NCBI GenBank assembly: GCA_034927815.1
Contig: JAYFPK010000012.1
Coordinates: 20,227-44,226, forward strand
DNA from: Candidatus Limiplasma sp.
GTDB taxonomy: Bacteria > Bacillota > Clostridia > Christensenellales > Aristaeellaceae
Direction of reading: 5' to 3'
DNA: 24,000 bases
Shown here: positions 1-8,260 of the stretch, piece by piece
How the letters are laid out: each line of letters starts with the position of its first letter
How positions within the stretch are numbered: position 1 is the stretch's first letter
Notes under the pieces: generated by a model
What the model was told of the DNA's origin: nothing
Databases searched by the model: none
The model's input: only the letters and a program-made list of their open reading frames with translations
Program-made: the position numbers and the translations under genes

Positions 1-1050
1 AAGGCGGTGGACGCCGCCATCCGGGCCGGGGCCTGTATCATCAACATCCCCGACACCGTGGGGTACGCCATGCCCACCGAAATGGCGGAGCTGATGAAGT
101 ATTTGCAAAAGAACGTGGAAAACATCGACAGCGTGACGCTCTCCGTCCACTGCCACAACGATTTAGGGCTGGGGGTCGCCAACTCCCTGGCCGCGGTGGG
201 GGCCGGGGCCACCCAGGTGGAGTGCACCATCAACGGCATCGGCGAGCGGGCGGGCAACGCCGCCCTGGAAGAGCTGGTGATGGCCATGCACACCCGCAAG
301 GACCTGTATCCCTTTGAGTGCGGCGTGGATACCACCCGCATCTCCCCCATGAGCCGCCTGGTATACAACATCCTGGGGGTCAACGCCCCCATGAACAAGG
401 CGGTGGTGGGGCAAAACGCCTTCGCCCATGAGGCGGGCATCCACCAGCACGGCGTCATGGCCAACCGCTCCACCTATGAAATCATGACGCCCGAATCCAT
501 CGGCCTGATGCAAAACCGCATGGTGCTGGGCAAGCACAGCGGCCGCCACGCCGTGGAGGAGCGGCTCAACGCGCTGGGCTACCAACTGGGCAAGGAGGAA
601 TTGGACCAGCTCTTCGCCAGGTTCAAGGACCTGTGCGACCGCAAGAAGGTCATCAGCGATTATGACCTGGATGCCCTGGCCGTACACCGCCTCAGCGATA
701 CCGGGGCAGGCACAGGCTACCGACTGGAGCGCTTTACCGTCAACAGCGGCAACTATGTCACCTCCAACGCCGTGGTAAGCGTCCTGCACGACGGGGAGCG
801 CACCGAGGAAGTGGCCTTGGGGGACGGCCCCATTGACGCCGCCTTCAACGCCGTGGACAAACTGATTCCCGCCCCGCCCCACTCCCTGGAGGATTACGTC
901 ATCCAGACCATCTCCGAAGGCAAGGACGCCCCGGGCGAGGCCATGGTGAAGATTCGCTGCGGCGAGAAGGGAGTCACCGGACGGGGCCTGTCCACCGACG
1001 TGGTGGAGGCCAGCATCCTGGCCTACATCAACGGCATGAACAAACTGTAG
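1..1050 (+). CDS. leuA: 2-isopropylmalate synthase, C-terminal ~350 aa (5' end lies upstream of the window)
   Basis: Frame 1 is open from base 1 to the stop at 1048-1050. It contains HCHNDLGLGVANSLAA, GIGERAGNAALEE and HEAGIHQHG (HMGL-like TIM-barrel core), followed by a LeuA-type C-terminal regulatory domain. It is the first gene of a leu operon run. Confidence 0.9.
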   Translation, partial: KAVDAAIRAGACIINIPDTVGYAMPTEMAELMKYLQKNVENIDSVTLSVHCHNDLGLGVANSLAAVGAGATQVECTINGIGERAGNAALEELVMAMHTRKDLYPFECGVDTTRISPMSRLVYNILGVNAPMNKAVVGQNAFAHEAGIHQHGVMANRSTYEIMTPESIGLMQNRMVLGKHSGRHAVEERLNALGYQLGKEELDQLFARFKDLCDRKKVISDYDLDALAVHRLSDTGAGTGYRLERFTVNSGNYVTSNAVVSVLHDGERTEEVALGDGPIDAAFNAVDKLIPAPPHSLEDYVIQTISEGKDAPGEAMVKIRCGEKGVTGRGLSTDVVEASILAYINGMNKL

Positions 1051-1065
1051 CGAAAGAGGTAGCGC

Positions 1066-2646
1066 ATGAGGAAGCTTGAGATCTTCGACAGCACGCTCAG
1101 GGACGGGGCTCAGGGGGAAGGCATCTCCTTCTCCGTCAGCGACAAGCTCAGCATCGTCAAAGCCCTGGACGAATTCGGGGTGGACTATATCGAGGCGGGC
1201 AATCCCGGCTCCAACCCCAAGGACATCGAATTCTTCCAGCGGGTGAGGGGACTGACGCTGAAAAACGCCCGCCTGTGCGCCTTTGGCAGCACCTGCCGCA
1301 AGGAGACAAAGGCGGAGGAGGATCAGAACATCCTCTCCTTGCTGACGGCGGATACCCCCTGCGTATCCATCTTCGGCAAGTCCTGGGATGTGCACGTGCT
1401 GCAGGTGCTGGGCACCACCCTTGCGGAAAACCTGCGCCTGGTTTCGGACAGCGTAGGGTTCTTCAAGGACCATGGCAAAGAGGTGATCTTCGACGCGGAG
1501 CACTTCTTTGACGGCTACCGGGAGAATGCCGCGTACGCCCTGGAGGTTCTTTCCGCCGCCCATCAGGCGGGGGCGGATGTGCTGTGCCTGTGCGACACCA
1601 ACGGCGGCATGCTCCCGGACGGCATCCAGGAGATCGTGGAGAAGGTCTGCTCCCTCTTTCCCGGTACCCGCATCGGCATCCACTGCCACAACGACACAGG
1701 CTGCGCGGTAGCCTCCTCGTTGCTGGCCGTCCGGGCTGGGGCCGTACAGGTACAGGGCACCTTTACCGGCATCGGGGAGCGCTGCGGCAACGCGGATTTA
1801 AGCGTCATCATCCCCGGCCTTCGCCTGAAAATGGGGCTTGAGTGCAAGGGCGACCTGGGCAACCTCCGCCATACCGCCATCCGGCTGTCGGAGCTGTGCA
1901 ATATGTCCCTGTACGCGGGCAAGCCCTATGTGGGGGCCAGCGCCTTTGCCCACAAGGGCGGCATGCACATCGACGGCGTCAGCAAGCTCTCCCGCTCCTT
2001 TGAGCACGTGCCTCCGGACAGCGTGGGCAACGAGCGCCGGTTCCTCATGAGCGAGGTATCCGGCCGCACCACGGTGCTGGCAAAGCTCTCCTCCATCGCC
2101 CCGGGCCTTCGCAAGGAATCCCCGGAGGTGGCGGAGATCGTGGCCGAAATCAAGGAGCTGGAGCACCAGGGCTTCCAGTTCGAGGCGGCGGACGCCAGCT
2201 TTGAGCTGATGGTCATCCGCACCCTGCGGCGCTTTACCCCCCATTTCTCCTTGGGCATGTACCGCATCAGCGGCGAGTATCCTTCTCCGGACGGGGACAA
2301 GAGCGCTTCCGCCATGCTTTCCATTCAGGTGGACGGCCAGCAGGAGACCACCGCCGCCATGGGAAACGGCCCCGTGCACGCCCTGGACACGGCCCTGCGC
2401 AAGGCCCTGTCCGTGTTCTATCCGGAACTGAACAAGGTGCGCCTCATCGACTACAAGGTGCGGGTACTCACCGGCCGGGCGGCCACCGCCTCCAGCGTCA
2501 GGGTGTTGATCGAGTCCAGCGACGGGGAAAGCACCTGGACCACCGTAGGCGTATCCACCGACATCATCGCCGCCAGCTGGCAGGCGCTGTCGGATTCCAT
2601 CGAATACATTTTACACCAAAAGGAGGCTGCCGCCCTATGTCCATGA
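1066..2646 (+). CDS. cimA: (R)-citramalate synthase (CimA-type LeuA paralogue)
   Basis: 526 aa. The N-terminus [45 protein letters not shown], plus [36 protein letters not shown] and the C-terminal [33 protein letters not shown], match from memory the citramalate-synthase subfamily (e.g. Geobacter CimA) rather than LeuA. An AAGAGG RBS lies upstream. Confidence 0.85.
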   Translation: MRKLEIFDSTLRDGAQGEGISFSVSDKLSIVKALDEFGVDYIEAGNPGSNPKDIEFFQRVRGLTLKNARLCAFGSTCRKETKAEEDQNILSLLTADTPCVSIFGKSWDVHVLQVLGTTLAENLRLVSDSVGFFKDHGKEVIFDAEHFFDGYRENAAYALEVLSAAHQAGADVLCLCDTNGGMLPDGIQEIVEKVCSLFPGTRIGIHCHNDTGCAVASSLLAVRAGAVQVQGTFTGIGERCGNADLSVIIPGLRLKMGLECKGDLGNLRHTAIRLSELCNMSLYAGKPYVGASAFAHKGGMHIDGVSKLSRSFEHVPPDSVGNERRFLMSEVSGRTTVLAKLSSIAPGLRKESPEVAEIVAEIKELEHQGFQFEAADASFELMVIRTLRRFTPHFSLGMYRISGEYPSPDGDKSASAMLSIQVDGQQETTAAMGNGPVHALDTALRKALSVFYPELNKVRLIDYKVRVLTGRAATASSVRVLIESSDGESTWTTVGVSTDIIAASWQALSDSIEYILHQKEAAALCP

Positions 2647-3911
2647 CCATGACCCAGAAGATACTGGCCGCCCACTGCGGCAAGGATGTCCTCAGGCCGG
2701 GGGATATGATCCTGGCCGATACCGACCTGGTGCTGGGGAACGATATCACCGCCCCCGTAGCCATCAACGAGTTTCAAAAGGCCGGGTGCGGCGGCGTGTT
2801 CGACCCGGGGAAGATCGCCTTGGTCATGGACCACTTCACCCCCAACAAGGACATCAAGGCGGCGGAGCAAACCAAGCGGGTCCGGGAATTCGCCGGGGAA
2901 AAGTCCATCGAGAACTTCTTTGACGTAGGGGAAATGGGCGTGGAGCACGCCTTGCTGCCGGAGAGGGGCATGGTCACCGCCGGGGACCTTGTGATCGGCG
3001 CGGACAGCCATACCTGTACCTACGGCGCGCTGGGGGCGTTTTCCACGGGGGTGGGCTCCACCGATATGGCGGCGGCCATGGCCTACGGCAAGGTGTGGCT
3101 GCGGGTGCCCGCCGCCATCTCCGTGGTGCTTACCGGCAAGCTTCGCCAGTACGTTTCCGGCAAGGACGTGATTTTGCACCTCATCCACGAGATCGGCGTG
3201 GACGGCGCACTGTATGAATCCCTGGAGTTTTCGGGGGAGGGCGTGCAATCCCTCTCCATGGACGACCGGCTGTGCATCTGCAACATGGCCATTGAGGCCG
3301 GGGGCAAGAACGGCATCTTCCCTGTGGACGAAAAAACCCTTTCCTATTTGAGGGAGCATGGGGCCAAGGAGCCCAAGGTGTACGCCGCAGACCCGGACGC
3401 CGTCTATGAGCGGACGGTGCGCATCGATCTTTCCCAGCTGACCTCCGTGGTGGCCTTCCCCCACCTGCCGGAAAACGGCAAAGCCTTCGATGAAATCGGC
3501 GAAGTGCCCATCCATCAGGTGGTGGTGGGCTCGTGCACCAACGGAAGGCTGTCGGATTTGCGGGAGGCCGCGGAAATCTTGAAGGGCCGCAAGGTGCACA
3601 AAGGCGTGCGGGCCCTCATCATCCCCGCCACGCAGAAGATTTGGCTGGACGCCATGAAGGAAGGGCTGCTGGAGATTTTCATCGACGCGGGCTGCGCCGT
3701 ATCCACCCCCACCTGCGGCCCGTGCCTGGGAGGCCACATGGGCATCCTGGCCCGGGGCGAGCGCTGCGTATCCACCACCAACCGCAACTTTGTGGGCCGC
3801 ATGGGCGATCCTCAAAGCGAGGTATACCTTGCCAGCCCGGCGGTGGCGGCGGCCTCGGCGGTGACCGGGAAGCTCACCTCGCCGGAGAGCCTGAAAGGAG
3901 CAGCAAAATGA
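2637..3911 (+). CDS. leuC: 3-isopropylmalate / citramalate dehydratase large subunit
   Basis: 424 aa. Aconitase-family motifs are [26 protein letters not shown] and [11 protein letters not shown] (Fe-S cysteines). An AAGGAGG RBS lies about 10 nt upstream. It overlaps the cimA stop by 10 nt. Confidence 0.93.
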   Translation: MSMTMTQKILAAHCGKDVLRPGDMILADTDLVLGNDITAPVAINEFQKAGCGGVFDPGKIALVMDHFTPNKDIKAAEQTKRVREFAGEKSIENFFDVGEMGVEHALLPERGMVTAGDLVIGADSHTCTYGALGAFSTGVGSTDMAAAMAYGKVWLRVPAAISVVLTGKLRQYVSGKDVILHLIHEIGVDGALYESLEFSGEGVQSLSMDDRLCICNMAIEAGGKNGIFPVDEKTLSYLREHGAKEPKVYAADPDAVYERTVRIDLSQLTSVVAFPHLPENGKAFDEIGEVPIHQVVVGSCTNGRLSDLREAAEILKGRKVHKGVRALIIPATQKIWLDAMKEGLLEIFIDAGCAVSTPTCGPCLGGHMGILARGERCVSTTNRNFVGRMGDPQSEVYLASPAVAAASAVTGKLTSPESLKGAAK

Positions 3912-4393
3912 TTTTACATGGAAACGCCCTGTGCTACGGCGACAACGTGGACACCGACGTCATCATCCCCGCCCGGTATCTGAACACCTCCGACCCCAAG
4001 GAGCTGGCCGCCCACTGCATGGAGGACATCGACCCGGACTTCCTGAAAAAGGCAAAGCCCGGCGACGTGATCGCCGCCGGACGGAATTTCGGTTGCGGCT
4101 CCTCCCGGGAGCACGCGCCCCTGGCGATCCAAACGGCGGGCATCTCCTGCGTGATTGCCAAGAGCTTCGCCCGCATCTTCTACCGCAACGCCATCAACAT
4201 CGGCTTGCCCATCATCGTCTGCGACGGGAATTTTCGGGAGGGAAACGAGCTGGAAGTGGATTTGGCCCAGGGCCTCATCCTCAACAAAACCACCGGAAAG
4301 AAGCACTCCTTCCCGCCCTTCCCCGCCTTTTTGCAGAAGATCATCGAGGCCGGCGGGCTGATGAACGCCATGGCCGGAGGGGAGATTGCATGA
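3908..4393 (+). CDS. leuD: 3-isopropylmalate dehydratase small subunit
   Basis: The internal ATG at 3908 forms an ATGA overlap with the leuC stop. The 161-aa product [25 protein letters not shown]...[14 protein letters not shown]...[15 protein letters not shown] has the aconitase swivel-domain signature. The upstream part of ORF 3533-4393 is a shadow of leuC. Confidence 0.92.
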   Translation: MILHGNALCYGDNVDTDVIIPARYLNTSDPKELAAHCMEDIDPDFLKKAKPGDVIAAGRNFGCGSSREHAPLAIQTAGISCVIAKSFARIFYRNAINIGLPIIVCDGNFREGNELEVDLAQGLILNKTTGKKHSFPPFPAFLQKIIEAGGLMNAMAGGEIA

Positions 4394-5457
4394 CCTACCG
4401 CATCGTATTGATACCCGGCGACGGTATCGGCCCGGAAATCGTGGAGGGGGCCGTGGCGGTGCTAAAGGCCGTGGGCGACAAATTCGGCCATGCCTTTCAG
4501 TTTGAAACAGCCCTGGCCGGGGGCGTGGCCTTGGACAAATTTGGCGTGCCCCTGCCGGAGGAGACTTTGGAAAAATGCCTGCAAAGCGACAGCGTGCTTC
4601 TGGGCGCTGTGGGCGGCCCCAAGTGGGACACGCTGCCGGGCCACCTGCGGCCCGAACGGGCGCTGCTGGGCATCCGCAAGGGGCTGAACCTGTTTGCCAA
4701 CCTGCGTCCGGCAAGGCTCTTGCCCATGCTGGCCTCCGCGTCTCCCCTGCGCTCGGATATCGCGGCCCGGGGCGTGGATCTGCTCATTGTGCGGGAGCTC
4801 ACCGGGGGCATGTATTTCGGCCCCAGGGGCCGGGGCCAGGGGGACATGGGTGAAAACGCCTATGATACGGAAATTTACAGCCGGGGCGAAATCCTGCGCA
4901 TTGGCCGCGTGGCCTTTGAGGCCGCCCGCAAGCGCCGCAAAAGCCTGTGCAGCGTTGACAAGGCCAACGTGCTGGAAAGCTCCCGGCTCTGGCGGGAAAC
5001 CATGCACGGACTCGCCAAGGAGTACCCGGACGTGGCTTATTCGGACATGCTGGTGGACAACGCCGCCATGCAGCTGATCCAGAATCCGGCCCAGTTCGAT
5101 GTGATCGTCACCAGCAACCTCTTTGGGGACATCCTCTCCGACGAGGCGTCCCAGCTGACCGGCTCCATCGGCCTTCTGGCTTCCGCCTCTTTGGGGGAGG
5201 GAACGCGGGGCATGTACGAGCCCATTCACGGCTCCGCCCCGGACATTGCGGGGCAAGGAATCGCCAACCCCATCGCCACCATCCTGTCCGCCGCCATGAT
5301 GCTGAACCTCTCCTTTGGCCTCGCGCAGGAAGCCAAGGCTGTGGAAGCCGCCGTGGAACGGGTGCTGGCCCAGGGCCTGCGCACCAAGGATATCGCGGCG
5401 GGCGGCGGTTTCGTTTTGGGGGCGGAGATGACAAACAGGATCGTGGCGGAAATTTAA
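4390..5457 (+). CDS. leuB: 3-isopropylmalate dehydrogenase
   Basis: The ATG at 4390 forms an ATGA overlap with the leuD stop. The product begins [18 protein letters not shown] and contains [19 protein letters not shown] and [15 protein letters not shown] (isocitrate/isopropylmalate dehydrogenase signature). Confidence 0.93.
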   Translation: MTYRIVLIPGDGIGPEIVEGAVAVLKAVGDKFGHAFQFETALAGGVALDKFGVPLPEETLEKCLQSDSVLLGAVGGPKWDTLPGHLRPERALLGIRKGLNLFANLRPARLLPMLASASPLRSDIAARGVDLLIVRELTGGMYFGPRGRGQGDMGENAYDTEIYSRGEILRIGRVAFEAARKRRKSLCSVDKANVLESSRLWRETMHGLAKEYPDVAYSDMLVDNAAMQLIQNPAQFDVIVTSNLFGDILSDEASQLTGSIGLLASASLGEGTRGMYEPIHGSAPDIAGQGIANPIATILSAAMMLNLSFGLAQEAKAVEAAVERVLAQGLRTKDIAAGGGFVLGAEMTNRIVAEI

Positions 5458-5524
5458 GCGGAGGCGCTTGCTTCGGCAACGGGCTTCGTCATCACGCCAT
5501 CACACACCATTGGGTACAGGCAAA

Positions 5525-5550
5525 GGGGCCTTCCTAGAAATAGGAAGGCC
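5525..5550. repeat. Palindromic hairpin repeat, copy 1 (GGCCTTCCTA-GAAA-TAGGAAGGCC)
   Basis: A perfect 10-bp stem with a GAAA loop. The 26-nt string GGGGCCTTCCTAGAAATAGGAAGGCC is identical to 5660-5685. It is preceded by CAAA, so on the minus strand it reads hairpin+CCCCTTTG. Confidence 0.8.
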
Positions 5551-5659
5551 TCAGACCGTTGATAAAGGGCCTTTTCTGCAAAATGTGCCTCGGGGAATCC
5601 TTTGTTTATAAAGGTTTGAAGAATACAATTTTCGCAGAAACAGCGTTTTTCAGCAATCT

Positions 5660-5687
5660 GGGGCCTTCCTAGAAATAGGAAGGCCCC
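5660..5687. repeat. Palindromic hairpin repeat, copy 2 (12-bp stem, GAAA loop, followed by TTTGTGT)
   Basis: GGGGCCTTCCTA-GAAA-TAGGAAGGCCCC is a perfect 12-bp stem. The short T-rich tail on the plus strand gives it a weak intrinsic-terminator look. Confidence 0.8.
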
Positions 5688-6278
5688 TTTGTGTATGCAA
5701 AAACCATAACAGCCTTGGATTGGGAGCGGGCAACGCAGCGCCGTTGGGAAAGGGTGGACTTGCCCTACCCTCCTTGCAAACCCACGATTCTACACCCATG
5801 CCCTGTCTGCCCCGCCGCGTCATTTTCCCCGCTCTCCCCCAGCGCAGCTTCAAAACCGAAAATCCCCGCAGCCTGGCAAAACCAGCAATGCCCCGCCCTT
5901 TGCTTTTGCGCCAGCCGCCCCGGCCGCTGCGGCATGCGCCGGCCTTTTCAAAAGCACCGTCTTCCCCTCTCCGGCAACGGTTTCTTTGGAGGCTGGGGAC
6001 TGTCCCAAGTCGGCGCAGAGGGGCGCGGGCATCCGCTTGGCCCCTGTTCCTCCTGGGAATGGCCTGCTGTGCGGTCCCATCCCCAAGAGCCCTCTGTTTG
6101 AGCCGTTCCCTCCGGCGCGGATGTTAACGTTTTCTGGCGAAAAATAACCGCTTTCGCAAGCGGGCCGGCTGGCGAAAACCTGAAAAGCTTTTCGGCCCGT
6201 TCCTGATAACGCCTATGCCGCCTGCCCTCCAGCCGCCCCGCCCTCCGTAGTGATCGGCTCGAAAAACCAATTTGTATA

Positions 6279-6307
6279 TTGATTTTTTTGGGGTATTTTG
6301 GTATCCT
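6279..6307 (+). promoter_or_regulatory. Candidate sigma-A promoter of the agr-like operon
   Basis: TTGATT (6279-6284), a 17-nt spacer, then TATCCT (6302-6307) preceded by TGg (extended -10). It sits in the only strongly AT-rich stretch upstream of 6354. A second TGGTATC(AT) motif lies at 6323-6331. Assignment is by eye only. Confidence 0.3.
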
Positions 6308-6353
6308 TACCTTCATTCATAGTGGTATCATGGATAGGGGGAGGAGGGCCAAA

Positions 6354-6926
6354 ATGATAGTAGAAATCATTGTGGTGTGCCTCCTTGCGAAGCTAAAACG
6401 GTTTCAGCTCCACTATCTTTTTCGCACATGGACGTTTTACCCCATTTTGCTGATCCAGTGCGCGCTGGTGGTGTTTCAGGCCTCTCTGTTCTTCCGGCAA
6501 TATGTTTTTGTGCGGTTTATCCCCTATACGGAAATGGCCGTCATCCTCTCCTTCCTTTTTGCCCTGTTTGCGTTCCGGCTATATACGCCGGCCATCATTG
6601 GCTCCGCATCCATCGGGGTGGGAACGCTGCTCAACAAGTTGGTGATTGCCCAAAACGCCGGTACAATGCCCGTATATCCCACCCTTTCCTACCTGACAGG
6701 CTATGTCACCCCTGAGATGGTAGCCTCTTTGGATAGCCTTCATTCCCTTGGCGGCCCGGAGACAAAGCTCAAGTTCCTTTCGGACTATATCGATTATGGG
6801 TATTGTATTTTAAGCCCCGGCGACGTTTTGATTCACCTGTTTGCCTGTATTATGCTATATGCGCTGATTAAGGCGGTGAATGCCCGCTACGGGAACCACT
6901 CCGGTAATCAATATCAGGAGGTATGA
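6354..6926 (+). CDS. Polytopic membrane protein, DUF5317-like
   Basis: ATG at 6354 is preferred over the track start 6279 because a GGAGGAG RBS lies at 6341-6347. The 190-aa product has 4-5 hydrophobic helices. The motifs IAQNAGTMPV and ILSPGDVLIHLF resemble, from memory, the NGGxMPV / SxGDxxx signature of DUF5317. The RBS of the next gene lies inside its 3' end. Confidence 0.75.
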   Translation: MIVEIIVVCLLAKLKRFQLHYLFRTWTFYPILLIQCALVVFQASLFFRQYVFVRFIPYTEMAVILSFLFALFAFRLYTPAIIGSASIGVGTLLNKLVIAQNAGTMPVYPTLSYLTGYVTPEMVASLDSLHSLGGPETKLKFLSDYIDYGYCILSPGDVLIHLFACIMLYALIKAVNARYGNHSGNQYQEV

Positions 6927-6929
6927 AAT

Positions 6930-7451
6930 ATGGGTGTCACGGCGGTTTCCAGCGAGATGTTGCTTGCAAAAGGCGTACCTGAGGCGTTCTTGGTTGCACT
7001 GGGGATTCATATTCTAACGGAAACCAAGGTTGAGTGGAAAAAATACCTGTTGATGAGCTTTCTGTTTATTCTGATTCCTTATTTGCTTCGGCGGCTCCCC
7101 ATCTCTTCCGGCATCAATACCGTGCTTTCTTTATTCGGACTTATCTTTGTGTTCCAGCTCCTGTACCACTCCGGCCTGCAGAAAATCGTCCGGGCGATGA
7201 TATCCCCCATTATCATCCTGATCCTGATTTCGGTTTCCGAAATGCTCAATTTGCTGATACTGGCGATGATCTACGGGTTTGAGGCAGCCAATATGATGTT
7301 CAAAACGCCCAACGGGTGGGCGCAATGCCTCTACACCTGGCCGTCCACGGTTTTTCTTGCGCTGTTGTTATTGGCCGCACACCATGTCATTAAGTCCATG
7401 AGGAAGAGGAAAGCTCAAAATGGAAAAGACTATGAGGAGATTGGCGGGTAA
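6930..7451 (+). CDS. Small polytopic membrane protein (~5 TM), unknown function
   Basis: AGGAGG at 6916-6921 lies 8 nt before the ATG. The 173-aa product is almost entirely hydrophobic helices with a basic C-terminal tail (KSMRKRKAQNGKDYEE). It starts 3 nt after the upstream stop and overlaps the agrB start by 32 nt. I recognise no family. Confidence 0.7.
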   Translation: MGVTAVSSEMLLAKGVPEAFLVALGIHILTETKVEWKKYLLMSFLFILIPYLLRRLPISSGINTVLSLFGLIFVFQLLYHSGLQKIVRAMISPIIILILISVSEMLNLLILAMIYGFEAANMMFKTPNGWAQCLYTWPSTVFLALLLLAAHHVIKSMRKRKAQNGKDYEEIGG

Positions 7452-8067
7452 AATCGCCCTCTCGCTTGGCTACGATTCCGAAAAGGAAGCCGTTATCGCA
7501 TATGGCCTATTCGCAATCACGCAAATCACCGTCACAATTGTGCTGGCTTTGCTTTTTGGCTTCATGGTGGGCGCGCCGGCGGAAGCGATGATCGTGTGCT
7601 TCTCGGTCAGTATCTACCGCAAATACAGCGGCGGCGCCCACGCCCATGACGCCGAGTTTTGCACTGTCATCAGCGTCATCTACTGTACCTTGGCAGCGTG
7701 GCTTTCAAAACAGTTGATTCCCCTTTACCATCCCTTTGCCATGCTTGGGGCCATCATCCTGGTCTATGCCCTTGTTTTTTGGATCACTTACCGGTATGCG
7801 CCGGTTGATTCCCCCAACAAGCCTATCAAGAGCGAGCAAAAAATCAAACGGATGCGCAAGGGCAGTTTTACCATCGTTTCGGCGTATATGGCTGTGCAGC
7901 TGTTTTTCTATTTTGGAAGCAATCAATGGCCGGCATTTCGTTCCTACGGCATCAGCCTTTTGCTGGGCATTAGCTGGCAGGCCTTTACGCTTACACCGCT
8001 AGGTGCCATTCTGCTGGACAAGCTGAATGTATTGCCTAAATACGCAAGAAAGGAGGTCTCCAAATGA
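7420..8067 (+). CDS. agrB: AgrB-family membrane endopeptidase (AIP-precursor processing/cyclisation)
   Basis: 215 aa with about 6 TM helices. YRKYSGGAHAHDAEFC places His and Cys 7 residues apart, as in the catalytic H77/C84 of S. aureus AgrB. RYAPVDSPNKPIK parallels staphylococcal VYAPAATKKKPIP. Its stop overlaps the start of an AgrD-like ORF (ATGA). Confidence 0.88.
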   Translation: MEKTMRRLAGKIALSLGYDSEKEAVIAYGLFAITQITVTIVLALLFGFMVGAPAEAMIVCFSVSIYRKYSGGAHAHDAEFCTVISVIYCTLAAWLSKQLIPLYHPFAMLGAIILVYALVFWITYRYAPVDSPNKPIKSEQKIKRMRKGSFTIVSAYMAVQLFFYFGSNQWPAFRSYGISLLLGISWQAFTLTPLGAILLDKLNVLPKYARKEVSK

Positions 8068-8186
8068 AAAAATTCTACGGTCTGGTTGCCGCTGTCAGTA
8101 CCCTCGTAGCGGCTCTGGTCGCTTCCTCGGCGTGCTTCCTGTTCTTCTATCAGCCCGAGGAGCCCGCTTCTCTCAGAAATGAGTAA
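8064..8186 (+). CDS. agrD: AgrD-type autoinducing peptide precursor (40 aa); predicted thiolactone core CFLFF
   Basis: Not in the supplied ORF track. AGGAGG at 8051-8056 lies 7 nt before the ATG at 8064. The translation is MKKFYGLVAAVSTLVAALVASSACFLFFYQPEEPASLRNE. It has an amphipathic/hydrophobic leader, a single Cys followed by four hydrophobic residues, then a QPEEP..LRNE acidic recognition tail, and it sits directly after agrB. Confidence 0.85.
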   Translation: MKKFYGLVAAVSTLVAALVASSACFLFFYQPEEPASLRNE

Positions 8187-8192
8187 GAAGCA

Positions 8193-8217
8193 ATGGGAGG
8201 CATTCCGTGCCTCCCAT
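8193..8217 (+). terminator. Hairpin after agrD (possible partial terminator/attenuator)
   Basis: ATGGGAGGCA-ttccg-TGCCTCCCAT is a perfect 10-bp stem lying 7 nt after the agrD stop. The tail CTTACGCG is only weakly T-rich. Confidence 0.4.
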
Positions 8218-8260
8218 CTTACGCGAATCCATGTAATTGCAAGGCGTATGGAGGTATGAC

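Noticed and set aside
163-5479. Long minus-strand ORFs across the leu operon (163-1689, 1798-2379, 2451-3815, 3914-4714, 4462-5256, 5108-5479) and overlapping plus-strand alternative-frame ORFs
   Set aside because: They lie antisense or out of frame to genes with unmistakable family motifs. Their products are Gly/Ala/Arg/His/Pro-rich low-complexity strings with no RBS. These are typical stop-codon-poor shadow frames in GC-rich DNA.
5730-5760. T-box-like string AGGGTGGAC
   Set aside because: It is only a partial match to the T-box core (AGGGTGGNACCGCG). There is no specifier or antiterminator architecture, and the downstream genes are not amino-acid related.
5691-6316. ORFs 5691-6101, 5720-6127, 5850-6086 and 5948-6316 in the leuB-agr gap
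   Set aside because: They are mutually overlapping and Pro/Arg/Ser-rich, with no RBS and no recognisable family. The region is treated as non-coding or decayed (see the finding), not as genes.
6279-6353. Longer N-terminal extensions offered by the ORF track (6279 for the DUF5317-like gene; likewise 8237, 10088, 19251, 20696 and 22755 for other genes)
   Set aside because: In each case an internal start has a GGAGG-type RBS at 6-10 nt and/or an ATGA overlap with the upstream gene. The extension is low-complexity or overlaps a neighbouring gene.
5692-6353. A possible c-di-GMP (GEMM-type) riboswitch upstream of the operon that ends in a c-di-GMP enzyme
   Set aside because: I looked for the conserved GEMM-I elements (e.g. 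ACGCACAGGGCAAACC... and the GCAAAGCC tetraloop/receptor pairs). I found only a loose GGCAAAACC at about 5874. This cannot be supported without a covariance-model scan.
6250-6353. AgrA/LytTR-type direct repeats (9-bp repeats spaced 12 bp) in the agr-like promoter region
   Set aside because: Not present. The only repeat is TGGTATC at 6299 and 6323, which more plausibly reflects two extended -10-like elements.
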